DNA of 32,000 nt, taken from positions 10,083 through 42,082 of the forward strand of contig JAFTDT010000051.1 of NCBI GenBank assembly GCA_017453985.1, given 5' to 3'. Below, one piece after another: positions 1 through 8,666 of the stretch. The notes below the pieces were generated by a model. It saw only the letters and a program-made list of their open reading frames with translations, searched no databases and was not told the origin of the DNA. How positions within the stretch are numbered: position 1 is the stretch's first letter; each line of letters starts with the position of its first letter. The position numbers and the translations under genes were made by a program. Source of the stretch: Clostridia bacterium (GTDB lineage: Bacteria; Bacillota; Clostridia; Oscillospirales; Butyricicoccaceae).

Positions 1-293
1 TCAAAAAGCTCAACCGCGAAAAGGGGCTGACGGTGGTGCTGATAACCCATCACATGGACGAGGCGGCGCAGGCGCGGCGCGTGGTGGTGATGGAGCGCGG
101 CAAGGTGGTAATGGACGGCACGCCGGAGGACGTGTTTTCGCAGGTGGAGCGCGTGCGGGAGCTGTCCTTGGCAGTGCCGCAGACGGTGGAGCTGGAATAC
201 GCGCTTAACGCGCACGGGGCAAACCTTTCGCTGCGCGACCTCTCGGTGGAGGACTGCGCGAGAGAAATAATGAAGTATTTGGGAGCAGACTGA
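1..293 (+). CDS. ecfA1: ECF transporter ATP-binding subunit, C-terminal fragment (gene starts upstream of window)
   Basis: The reading frame is open from base 3 (KKLNREKGLTVVLITHHMDEAAQA...), giving an ABC H-loop (ITHHMDE) and C-terminal region. It sits directly upstream of a second ECF ATPase and ecfT, the canonical ecfA1-ecfA2-ecfT order. Confidence 0.85.
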   Translation, partial: KKLNREKGLTVVLITHHMDEAAQARRVVVMERGKVVMDGTPEDVFSQVERVRELSLAVPQTVELEYALNAHGANLSLRDLSVEDCAREIMKYLGAD

Positions 294-295
294 AA

Positions 296-1153
296 TTGGA
301 AAACATTCTTGTAGTCGAAAATCTTTCTCATATATACAGCGCCGGAACGCCTTTTGAGAAAAAGGCGGTGGACGGCGTGAGCCTTTCCGTGCGCCGCGGC
401 GAGATCGCGGCGCTGATAGGGCATACCGGCAGCGGCAAAAGCACGCTGATACAGCATTTCAACGGGCTGCTGCGCCCGAGCGAGGGGCGCGTGCTGATAA
501 ACGGCGAGGATATCTTCGAGAGCAAGGACACCGTGCGCGCCGCGCGCTTTGCCGTCGGGCTGGTGTTCCAGTATCCGGAGTATCAGCTCTTTGAGGAGAC
601 GGTTTACAAGGACATCGCCTTCGGTCCCGGCAATATGGGGCTGGACAGCGCCGAGATAGACCGCCGCGTGCGGGAATCCGCGCAGATAGCGGGCATCGCG
701 GAGGACGTGCTGGAAAAGTCGCCCTTCGAGCTTTCCGGCGGGCAGAAGCGCCGCGTGGCGCTGGCGGGCATCTTTGCCATGGAGCCGGAGGTGCTGGTGC
801 TGGATGAGCCGATGGCAGGTCTGGACCCCGCCGGGCGCGAGGACGTGTTCAGATTTATCAAGGAATACAAGGAGCGCCACGGCACGACGGTGATATTCGT
901 CACCCACAGCATGGAGGACGCCGCCCGCATGGCAGAGCGGCTGATAGTCATGCGCGGGGGAAGCGTCATGCTGGATGGCACGCCGGCGGAGGTGTTCGCC
1001 CATGCGGAGGAGCTTATCGCATCAGGGCTGGACGTGCCGCAGGTCACGCGCGTATTCATGCGTCTGCGCGAGCTGGGTGCGCCGGTGGACACGGCGGTAT
1101 ATACCGTGCCGCAGGCGGCGGAGCTGCTGCTGCGGCTGAAGGGGGTGCGCTGA
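296..1153 (+). CDS. ecfA2: ECF transporter ATP-binding subunit EcfA2
   Basis: 285 aa with a TTG start. Walker A GHTGSGKST, ABC signature LSGGQKRRVALAG, Walker B LVLDEP and H-loop VTHSMED. The stop overlaps the ecfT ATG. Confidence 0.9.
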   Translation: MENILVVENLSHIYSAGTPFEKKAVDGVSLSVRRGEIAALIGHTGSGKSTLIQHFNGLLRPSEGRVLINGEDIFESKDTVRAARFAVGLVFQYPEYQLFEETVYKDIAFGPGNMGLDSAEIDRRVRESAQIAGIAEDVLEKSPFELSGGQKRRVALAGIFAMEPEVLVLDEPMAGLDPAGREDVFRFIKEYKERHGTTVIFVTHSMEDAARMAERLIVMRGGSVMLDGTPAEVFAHAEELIASGLDVPQVTRVFMRLRELGAPVDTAVYTVPQAAELLLRLKGVR

Positions 1154-1956
1154 TGCTGAAGGATATCACCTTAGGGCAGTATTTCCCCGGAGAGAGCGTC
1201 ATGCACCGGCTCGACCCGCGAACCAAGCTGGTCGCGCTGATAGTCTACGTCGTCATGCTGTTCGTGGCAAAGGGAACGGCGTCATATCTGCTGTGTGCCG
1301 TCTGCGCCGCCGTGCTGATCGCCATGTCCCGCGTCGCGCCGAGACTGATACTCAAGAGCCTCAAGCCCGTGATAGTCATCGTGATATTCACGGCGGTGCT
1401 CAATATGCTTTATACGCCGGGACGGGAGCTGGTCTCGTTCTGGATATTCAAGATAACCGCGGAGGGCGTCTACAACGGCGTGTTCATGGCGGTGAGGATA
1501 ATCATGCTGGTGGCGGTTACCTCGCTGCTGACCTACACCACCTCGCCCATCGCGCTGACGGACGCCATAGAGCATCTGCTCTCGCCGCTGAAGAAGCTGA
1601 AGGTGCCGGTGCATGAGTTCGCCATGATGATGACGATAGCTCTGCGCTTTATCCCCACGCTGATAGAGGAAACGGACAAGATAATGTCCGCGCAGAAGGC
1701 GCGCGGCGCCGACTTTGAGAGCGGGAACCTGCTGCGGCGGGCAAAGGCGCTCATTCCGGTGCTGGTGCCGCTCTTCGTCTCCGCGTTCCGTCGGGCGGAC
1801 GAGCTGGCGGTGGCAATGGAGTGCCGCCTGTACCACGGCGGCGAGGGACGCACGAGGCTGAACGTACTGCGCTTTTCGCGGCTGGACGCCGCCGCCGCCG
1901 TGCTGGTGATTTGCTTTGTCGCCGGCGTGGTGCTGCTGAACCGGGTGAGCTTATGA
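1153..1956 (+). CDS. ecfT: ECF transporter transmembrane (T) component
   Basis: 267 aa polytopic membrane protein. It has the conserved EcfT/CbiQ C-terminal region (ARGADFESGNLLRRAKALIPVLVPLFVSAFRRADELAVAMECR). There is an ATGA overlap with ecfA2 and an ATG/TGA overlap with truA. Confidence 0.9.
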   Translation: MLKDITLGQYFPGESVMHRLDPRTKLVALIVYVVMLFVAKGTASYLLCAVCAAVLIAMSRVAPRLILKSLKPVIVIVIFTAVLNMLYTPGRELVSFWIFKITAEGVYNGVFMAVRIIMLVAVTSLLTYTTSPIALTDAIEHLLSPLKKLKVPVHEFAMMMTIALRFIPTLIEETDKIMSAQKARGADFESGNLLRRAKALIPVLVPLFVSAFRRADELAVAMECRLYHGGEGRTRLNVLRFSRLDAAAAVLVICFVAGVVLLNRVSL

Positions 1957-2726
1957 AAACCGCCTTTGTTATGTCGTACCTCGGCACGGCTTATCACGGC
2001 TGGCAGCGGCAGAAAAACGCGCTGACGGTGCAGGAGGTCATGGAGGAGACGCTGGCGCGGCTCTGCGCGCGCCGCCCCGCCGTGTCCGGATGCGGCCGCA
2101 CGGACGCGGGCGTGCACGCCGAATATTACGTGGCAAGCGCGGATATCGAAACCGGCGTGCCGCTGGACAGGATGCCGCTGGCGCTCGGCTCGCTGCTGCC
2201 GAAGGACGTTTCCGTGCGCCGCGCGATCGCCGTGCCGGAGGATTTTGACGCCCGCTTTTCCTGCAAAAGCAAGGAATACACTTATCGCATACATAACAGC
2301 CGGGTGCGCGACCCGTTTTACGCGGACAGGGCGTATTTTTTCCCGCAGAGGCTGGACGAGCGCGCCATGGCGGAGGCGGCGCAGGGCTTTGTGGGAAAGC
2401 GCGACTTTGCCGCGGTCAAGAGCGAGGGCAGTCCGGTGAAAAGCACGGTGCGCACCGTGGAATATTGCCGCGTGCGGCGGGAGGGGGACATGGTTCTCGT
2501 CTCCGTCAGGGCGGACGGATTTTTATACAATATGGTGAGAGCCATCACCGGTACGCTGATATACTGCGGCATCGGCAAGCTCTCGCCGCAGGATGTGCCG
2601 CTGCTGCTTGCGGGCGGCAGACGCGAGGATACGGGACCGACAGCGCCCGCATGCGGGCTGTATATGACTGACGCCTTTTACGGCATGGAGGAGTTAGATG
2701 GACAAGCCGGCGGAGCAGGAAAGTAA
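1953..2726 (+). CDS. truA: tRNA pseudouridine(38-40) synthase TruA
   Basis: Start chosen at internal ATG 1953 (MKTAFVMSYLGTAYHGWQRQ...). Catalytic motif GCGRTDAGVHA is present. The Arg-rich 44-aa N-terminal extension of the tracked ORF overlaps ecfT and is rejected. ecfAAT-truA is a conserved Firmicute arrangement. Confidence 0.9.
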   Translation: MKTAFVMSYLGTAYHGWQRQKNALTVQEVMEETLARLCARRPAVSGCGRTDAGVHAEYYVASADIETGVPLDRMPLALGSLLPKDVSVRRAIAVPEDFDARFSCKSKEYTYRIHNSRVRDPFYADRAYFFPQRLDERAMAEAAQGFVGKRDFAAVKSEGSPVKSTVRTVEYCRVRREGDMVLVSVRADGFLYNMVRAITGTLIYCGIGKLSPQDVPLLLAGGRREDTGPTAPACGLYMTDAFYGMEELDGQAGGAGK

Positions 2727-3885
2727 AATAACACGGTTTCGCCGCGACAGGAGACTGGTGGTGATCGGTCTGCTGCGCTCGCTGGCGATGTTGGCGATGC
2801 TGGGCACGCTGGTGTTCGGCGTGCTGCGCTATCACGACAGCTTCAGCGCGGAGAACGTGCGGCGGCTGTATCAGTATGTCAAGGCATCCGCCTCACAGAC
2901 GGAGGCGTTCAGCGAATACGGGCTGGAGCGCGGCTTCCGCATAATCTATACGCCCTTTGAGTCCGGCGTGGCGCTGGTGGAGGAGGACACCTACCATTTC
3001 ATCAGCGGATACAGCGGCAGCGGCTTTTCGCATCAGCTCAAGTATCAGTCGCCGGCGCTGGAGGCGGGGGACGCCTCGCTGCTGATATACGACCGCGGCG
3101 GCACGGGCTACTGCGTCGCCAACAGCTATTCGATAAAGGGCAAGCGCAGCACGGAGTCGGAGATAATCTCCGGCTGCATGAACCGCCGCGGAGATTTTGC
3201 TCTTGTGACCAACGAGCAGGGCTACCGCGCGGGCGTGACCGTGTTCGACAGCCGCCTGCGCCAGCAATGCAAGTGGCAGACCTCGAAATATTACGTCATG
3301 CTGGCGGCAGTGTCGCCCAACGGGAGCCGCTTTGCGGCGCTGTGCCTGTACGAGGCGGACGGAGCCGCCCAAAGCGATGTGCTCGGCTTCCGCATCGGAG
3401 AGGAGGAGCCGTCGCTGCGCATACCGCTCGGCAGCCGCAGCGTGTATTCGATGAAATATTCGGGCGGCGGAGAGCTGGTAGTCATCTGTGACGACGGAAC
3501 GTATATATATGATGAAGAAGGAAAAAGGGTGGGAGAATATCTCTATTCTGATCTGGTGATGTTCTTCCACCGCGGCGGGGAGATGCCGCTGCTGGCGCTG
3601 CGGCGCTCCGGCAACGACCAGACGCGGATATGTCTGCTGGGCGAGGACGGCGCGCCCGTCTTTGAAAAGGCTTACAGCGGCTCGCTGCGCGCAATGGCGC
3701 GGGGGGAGGACGGCTTTGCGCTGCTGTTCGGCAAAAGACTGGTGATCGCAGACCTGCGGGAGGAGAGCGAAACGGAGCTTGCCGTCAGCGAGGTGCGGGA
3801 CGTGATCGCCTCCGGCGGAGGATATCTCGCCGTATATTCTGACCGCATGGAGCGCGTACAGACGGAAGAGGGGAATGAAGAATGA
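2698..3885 (+). CDS. Hypothetical membrane-anchored protein (single N-terminal TM, large extracytoplasmic domain; possibly DUF5711-like)
   Basis: 395 aa. GGAGGAG RBS lies 5 nt upstream of ATG 2698. One TM segment (LVVIGLLRSLAMLAMLGTLVFGVL) is followed by a beta-rich repetitive body. The family assignment is from memory only. Confidence 0.55.
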   Translation: MDKPAEQESKITRFRRDRRLVVIGLLRSLAMLAMLGTLVFGVLRYHDSFSAENVRRLYQYVKASASQTEAFSEYGLERGFRIIYTPFESGVALVEEDTYHFISGYSGSGFSHQLKYQSPALEAGDASLLIYDRGGTGYCVANSYSIKGKRSTESEIISGCMNRRGDFALVTNEQGYRAGVTVFDSRLRQQCKWQTSKYYVMLAAVSPNGSRFAALCLYEADGAAQSDVLGFRIGEEEPSLRIPLGSRSVYSMKYSGGGELVVICDDGTYIYDEEGKRVGEYLYSDLVMFFHRGGEMPLLALRRSGNDQTRICLLGEDGAPVFEKAYSGSLRAMARGEDGFALLFGKRLVIADLREESETELAVSEVRDVIASGGGYLAVYSDRMERVQTEEGNEE

Positions 3886-4514
3886 GAGCTTCGTTGATTA
3901 TAGATATTATACTCGTGGCAATACTTATACTGTGCATAACGGTCGCTGCCCGGCGAGGCGCCTTCAAGGCGGTGGCGTCGCTCGGGGGGACGGTGCTCGG
4001 GGGCGTGCTGGCGTTCAGGCTGACGCCGCAGCATTCCGGCATTGCGGAGGGACTGCTGCGTCCGTGGGTGTCGCGCACAGTGGACAGCTCCGAGGCGTTT
4101 TCCGGCGGCGGAGATAAGCTGACGGAGCTGTTGGAGCATCTCAGTCTGCCGGCGTCGCTGGCGGACGGCTGGACGGACAAGGCGGAATCGGCGCGGCAGG
4201 CGCTGGCGGAGTCCGTCACGGACAGGGTGACGGCGCTGATCGCGCCGGCAGTCACCTTCGTAGTGATATTTCTGGCGGTCAAGCTGGCGGTGTGGCTGCT
4301 CAGTCGGCTGCTCAGCGCGGACGTGCCCGTTCTGCGGACGGTAAACCGGTTTGCCGGCGGGCTGCTGGGCGCGGCGGCGGGACTGCTGCTGGTGTTCGTG
4401 CTGTGCTGGGGGGCGTTTCGCTTTGCCCCGGAGGAGGAGCTGCTGGGATTTCTCAGCCGTGAGGCAGTAAAAAGCAGCGTGATCGGCGGGATCGTGGATA
4501 TCCTTGTGGGATAA
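3882..4514 (+). CDS. cvpA: CvpA-family membrane protein
   Basis: 210 aa. ATGA overlap with the upstream gene. N-terminal IIDIILVAILILCITVAARRGAFKA is typical of CvpA/colicin V production family proteins, and there are multiple TM helices. Confidence 0.65.
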   Translation: MRASLIIDIILVAILILCITVAARRGAFKAVASLGGTVLGGVLAFRLTPQHSGIAEGLLRPWVSRTVDSSEAFSGGGDKLTELLEHLSLPASLADGWTDKAESARQALAESVTDRVTALIAPAVTFVVIFLAVKLAVWLLSRLLSADVPVLRTVNRFAGGLLGAAAGLLLVFVLCWGAFRFAPEEELLGFLSREAVKSSVIGGIVDILVG

Positions 4515-4549
4515 AGGGACAGAATATTTCAGATAAAGAGGAAATGCAT

Positions 4550-5098
4550 ATGAACATACCAAACGCGCTCTCCCTGTTCCGGATAATACTCGTGCCGGTG
4601 TTCGTGGCGGTGTTCTTTTCGGATACGCCGCATGCCTACGCCATAGCCACAGCGGTGTTTCTGGCGGCAGGACTGACGGACGTGCTGGACGGAAGGATAG
4701 CGCGCAAATACGGACAGATAACGAAACTGGGCAGGCTGCTCGACCCGCTGGCGGATAAGCTGATGGTGTTCGCCGCGCTGATATGCCTTGCCGTGAGAGG
4801 GCTGGCGCCGGTGTGGGCGGTGGCGCTGTATTTCGGCAAGGAAGCGGTGCAGGGCATAGGGGGACTGATATTTTACCGCCGCATGGCGGACGTGCCGCAG
4901 TCCAATCTGCTCGGCAAGGCGGGGACCTTTGTATTTTACCTGACGGTAACGGCGATAATACTGCTCGATATCCCCGATACGGCAAAGAAGATCATGCTCG
5001 CCCTCAGCTTTGCGCTGATATTCGCGGCGGCGGTGACATACGCGGTGAGAGCGGCAAGGCTCTTAAAACAGCAGGACAAAAAGGAGAAAAAGCAATGA
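4550..5098 (+). CDS. pgsA: CDP-diacylglycerol--glycerol-3-phosphate 3-phosphatidyltransferase
   Basis: CDP-alcohol phosphatidyltransferase motif DVLDGRIARKYGQITKLGRLLDPLADK. ATG 4550 is preferred over 4544 because the AGAGGA RBS (4537-4542) is then about 7 nt upstream. Confidence 0.88.
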   Translation: MNIPNALSLFRIILVPVFVAVFFSDTPHAYAIATAVFLAAGLTDVLDGRIARKYGQITKLGRLLDPLADKLMVFAALICLAVRGLAPVWAVALYFGKEAVQGIGGLIFYRRMADVPQSNLLGKAGTFVFYLTVTAIILLDIPDTAKKIMLALSFALIFAAAVTYAVRAARLLKQQDKKEKKQ

Positions 5099-7392
5099 AG
5101 ATGCCAATCTGCGCCCGCTGCGGCAAAAACGTGGCGGTAGTATTCATAACCAAAATGGAAAACGGCAGGACAACCAACGAGGGACTCTGCCTCAAATGCG
5201 CCCGCGATCTGGGGATAAAGCCGGCGGGAGATCTGATGAAAAAGTTCGGCATAACCGACGAGGACGTGGAGAATATGACCCGTGAGCTGACGGAGTCCGA
5301 GGGCATGCTGGAGGAGCTGATGGAGGGCATCGGCGGCGACCGCGAGGACGGGGAAGAAGAAGAGGACAGGCGCGAGGATCAGCCCTCGCGCGCACCCGCC
5401 ATGCCGTTTTTCAACCTCATGCGTCAGGCGCCAAAGCAGGAGGAGGAAGAGCGCGAGGAGCGCGGAGGAAAGCGCAAAAAGAAGAAATTCCTCTCAAATT
5501 ACGCTCTCAGCCTTACGCAGAAGGCGGCGGAGGGCAAGCTCGACCGCGTCGTCGGACGCGAGCGCGAAACGGAGCGCGTGATACAGATACTCAACCGCCG
5601 TCAGAAAAACAATCCATGTCTGATAGGCGAGCCGGGTGTCGGCAAGACCGCCGTGGCGGAGGGGCTTGCACAGCGCATACACGACGGCGATGTGCCGTAT
5701 AAGCTGAAGAACAAGGAGGTCTGGCTGCTGGACATGACGGCGATGGTTGCCGGCACGCAGTTCCGCGGTCAGTTCGAGGCGCGCATGAAGAGCCTTATCG
5801 AGGAGATAAAGGCGCTGGGGAATATCATACTGGTCATCGACGAGGTGCATAATCTGGTCGGCGCGGGCGATGCGGAGGGCAGCATGAACGCCGCCAATAT
5901 CCTCAAGCCGGCGCTGTCGCGCGGGGAGATACAGGTCGTCGGCGCGACGACCTTCAAGGAATACCGCAAGCATATCGAGAAGGACAGCGCGCTGGAGCGC
6001 AGGTTCCAGCCGGTGGTGATAAACGAGCCGACTCCGGACGAGACCTTTGAGATACTCAAGGGAGTCAAGGGCTATTACGAGCAATATCACAAGGTCAGGA
6101 TAAGCGATGAGGCGGCGCGTCAGGCGGTGTATCTGGCGGACAGATATATCAACGACCGTTTTATGCCCGACAAGGCGATAGATCTGCTCGACGAGGCGTG
6201 CTCGGACGTCAATCTCAAGAATACCGAGCTGATACGCATAGAGCAGCTCAGGGACGAGCTGGCGGATATAATCGCTCAGCGCGAGCAGGCAATGCAGCGT
6301 CCCGACGACGAAACGATATACGCGCAGATAGCACAGCTCAAAAGCCGCGAGCTGCAGGTGGAGCAGGAGCTGGCGGAGGCAGAGCGCGTGCCGTGGCCGA
6401 GCCTGACGGTGGACGATCTTTCCCGCGTTATCGAGCTGTGGACCAAGATACCTGCCAGCCGCGTGAAGGAGCAGGACTTCGAGCGCATAATCAAGCTCGA
6501 CAGCAGACTGAAGGAGCGCATCATCGGGCAGGACGAGGCGGTGGACGCGGTCGCCGCCGCCATACGCCGCCGCCGGGCTGGCATCAGCGAAAAGCTCAAG
6601 CCGGTTTCCTTCCTTTTCGTAGGACCGACGGGCGTGGGCAAGACCGAGCTGGTGAAGTGTCTGGCGGAGGACCTTTTCGGAACGCAGGACGCGCTGATAA
6701 GGCTGGACATGAGCGAATATATGGAAAAGCACAGCGTTTCCAAGCTGATAGGCGCCCCTCCGGGATATATCGGCTACGATGAGGCGGGACAGCTCACCGA
6801 GAAGATACGCCGCCGTCCGTACAGCGTGGTACTGTTCGACGAGATAGAAAAGGCGCATCCCGATGTGCTGAACATGCTGCTGCAGATATTGGATGACGGG
6901 CGCATCACGGACGCGCAGGGCAGATATGTCAGCTTTGAGAACGCGGTGGTCATCATGACCTCCAACGCCGGCTCGGAGCGACAGGACGGCGCGGTGGGCT
7001 TCGGCAGGACAGCAAGCGAGCAGGGACGCGAAAAGGCGCTCAAGGCGCTGAGAGATATCATGCGTCCGGAGTTCATCAACCGCATCGACGAGATAATCTC
7101 CTTCAATCAGCTTACCAGAGAGGACTTCATGCGGATATGCGATATCATGCTGGGCGACCTCAGCCGCGCCGTGGCTCGCAGCGGCATAGAGCTTATCTAT
7201 GACGAGCGCCTGACAGCGTATCTGGTGGAGAAGTCATACTCGATAAAATACGGCGCGAGAAACCTGCGCCGCACGATAGAAAAAGAGGTCGAGGACCGTG
7301 CGGCGACGCGGATAATAGCCTCCTACGAATCGCCTGTGACGAAGATATTCGCCACGGCGGACGAGAGCGGCGTCGTAATCCGCGCGGAATAG
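5095..7392 (+). CDS. ClpC/ClpA-type double-AAA+ unfoldase with atypical CxxC...CxxC N-terminus
   Basis: Start at ATG 5095 (ATGA overlap with the pgsA stop). Two Walker A motifs ([18 protein letters not shown]), a coiled-coil middle region and a ClpP-docking-like loop (GAVGFGR). The N-terminus is [12 protein letters not shown]...[11 protein letters not shown] followed by an acidic/basic low-complexity linker instead of Clp_N repeats. Confidence 0.85.
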   Translation: MKMPICARCGKNVAVVFITKMENGRTTNEGLCLKCARDLGIKPAGDLMKKFGITDEDVENMTRELTESEGMLEELMEGIGGDREDGEEEEDRREDQPSRAPAMPFFNLMRQAPKQEEEEREERGGKRKKKKFLSNYALSLTQKAAEGKLDRVVGRERETERVIQILNRRQKNNPCLIGEPGVGKTAVAEGLAQRIHDGDVPYKLKNKEVWLLDMTAMVAGTQFRGQFEARMKSLIEEIKALGNIILVIDEVHNLVGAGDAEGSMNAANILKPALSRGEIQVVGATTFKEYRKHIEKDSALERRFQPVVINEPTPDETFEILKGVKGYYEQYHKVRISDEAARQAVYLADRYINDRFMPDKAIDLLDEACSDVNLKNTELIRIEQLRDELADIIAQREQAMQRPDDETIYAQIAQLKSRELQVEQELAEAERVPWPSLTVDDLSRVIELWTKIPASRVKEQDFERIIKLDSRLKERIIGQDEAVDAVAAAIRRRRAGISEKLKPVSFLFVGPTGVGKTELVKCLAEDLFGTQDALIRLDMSEYMEKHSVSKLIGAPPGYIGYDEAGQLTEKIRRRPYSVVLFDEIEKAHPDVLNMLLQILDDGRITDAQGRYVSFENAVVIMTSNAGSERQDGAVGFGRTASEQGREKALKALRDIMRPEFINRIDEIISFNQLTREDFMRICDIMLGDLSRAVARSGIELIYDERLTAYLVEKSYSIKYGARNLRRTIEKEVEDRAATRIIASYESPVTKIFATADESGVVIRAE

Positions 7393-7579
7393 CGGCTGAA
7401 GCCTGCGGAGAAGCCTCAGGCTTGCCGCCGCACCCTTCTTGGCTCTCTCTTTGGGAGTCGGTGAACTGCGGCACTTCGTTATAATTGTATTCCGTTTTTT
7501 GGAAGAGTGATGCTGCAGCTAAAAGTTCTTTATAAAATTAAAAAAATTATTATATTACGTAATTGGGTGGTGATTTGCT

Positions 7580-8665
7580 TTGAACGATAAACAGATTACT
7601 AAAATAAAGATTAACGGATTCAAGTCTATCCAAGAATGTTCAATAGACTTGGACATGGTGAATATTTTAATTGGCAGCAACGGTTCTGGCAAAACGAACT
7701 TCATATCTCTGTTTAGAATGCTGCAGGCATTGATTGATGGAGAATTACAAGCGCATATTTCGAAATATGGAGGACCTAATGCATTTTTGTTTTTTGGCAG
7801 CAAAAAGACGGAGTGTATGAGCGCGGAATTCTATTTTGGGGAAAATGGCTATCAATTTACCTTAACTCCAACCGCAGATAATCGAATGATGTTTGAAAAA
7901 GAGTCTTTTTATTGGGTGGAGTGCGGTTCTAAACCTGTAGGCAGTGGTCATTTTGAATCAAAATGGGAGGAAGGCTGTGGTTACCGAATTGATAAATTTG
8001 TAAAACCTATTCTGCAAAACCAAAAATGGAGAGTATATCATTTTCATGACACAAGCGATACAGCGCTTGTGAAGCAAATGCATGGAATTAATGATAATAT
8101 TGACTTTGCCACAGATGCCCGAAACTTGGCGGCATTTCTTTACCGCTTAAAGACTGCGGAAGAAAACAGCTATAATCAGATCGTTCGCACCATTCAGCTT
8201 GTCGCACCGTATTTTGAAGATTTTATTTTACGCCCTAATCCGCTTAAGCCGGACAGCATTCGTTTGGAATGGAAGGACAAAAACAGCGAAGCACCTTTTA
8301 TTGCAGCTCAACTTTCAGATGGAACGCTTCGGTTTATCTGCTTAGCAACTTTATTATTACAGCCGGCAAATTTAATGCCTGAAACAATACTGATTGATGA
8401 ACCGGAGCTTGGCTTGCACCCATATGCAATATCGCTGCTTGCCTCTTTAATAAAAAAAGCGTCAGTTGAAAAACAAATTATTGTTTCTACACAATCTGTT
8501 GAATTGCTTAATGAGTTTGAAGCTAAAGATATTATTGTAGTAAACCATAAAGAAAATAAATCTGTTTTTTCCCGATTGAATTATGAACAGCTTAAAGTGT
8601 GGCTTGATGAAGATTATACATTAGGTGAGCTTTGGAAGCGAAACGTCTTTGGGGGGCGCCCATAA
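7580..8665 (+). CDS. ABC/SMC-like (AAA_21-type) ATPase, first gene of the island cassette
   Basis: 361 aa. TTG start with GGTGGTGA RBS 6 nt upstream. Walker A GSNGSGKTN (7673-7699). Signature-like QLSDGTLRF (8309-8335). Walker B/D-loop ILIDEPELGLHP (8387-8422). H-loop position reads VSTQS (8483-8497). About 200 aa separate Walker A from the signature, as in RecF/SMC/OLD-type ATPases. Confidence 0.85.
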   Translation: MNDKQITKIKINGFKSIQECSIDLDMVNILIGSNGSGKTNFISLFRMLQALIDGELQAHISKYGGPNAFLFFGSKKTECMSAEFYFGENGYQFTLTPTADNRMMFEKESFYWVECGSKPVGSGHFESKWEEGCGYRIDKFVKPILQNQKWRVYHFHDTSDTALVKQMHGINDNIDFATDARNLAAFLYRLKTAEENSYNQIVRTIQLVAPYFEDFILRPNPLKPDSIRLEWKDKNSEAPFIAAQLSDGTLRFICLATLLLQPANLMPETILIDEPELGLHPYAISLLASLIKKASVEKQIIVSTQSVELLNEFEAKDIIVVNHKENKSVFSRLNYEQLKVWLDEDYTLGELWKRNVFGGRP

Positions 8666-8666
8666 G

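Noticed and set aside
1821-1952. N-terminal extensions of tracked ORFs (truA from 1821; clpC-like from 4783; DMT from 10034; NYN from 14232; HD from 26514)
   Set aside because: The extensions overlap upstream genes, terminators or promoters and are Arg/Gly/Ala-rich. Internal ATGs with good RBS spacing coincide with the conserved N-termini of the families.
3672-4985. 437-aa minus-strand ORF, with similar long antisense or off-frame ORFs at 50-1003, 5494-6858, 10154-10948, 11426-12457, 19033-19914, 27817-28932 and elsewhere
   Set aside because: All of them overlap well-supported genes (ecfA2, cvpA/pgsA, clpC-like, DMT, pepD, spoIIAB/sigF, spoIIE) on the opposite strand or in another frame. They have Pro/Arg/Ala-rich compositions typical of high-GC shadow frames.
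8625-8666. Upstream start for the DUF4276 gene as given in the ORF track (223 aa)
   Set aside because: It would overlap the ATPase C-terminus by 41 nt and add a non-conserved-looking MSFGSETSLGGAHK peptide. ATG 8667 begins directly with the family-typical beta-strand MKRVIVYCEG.
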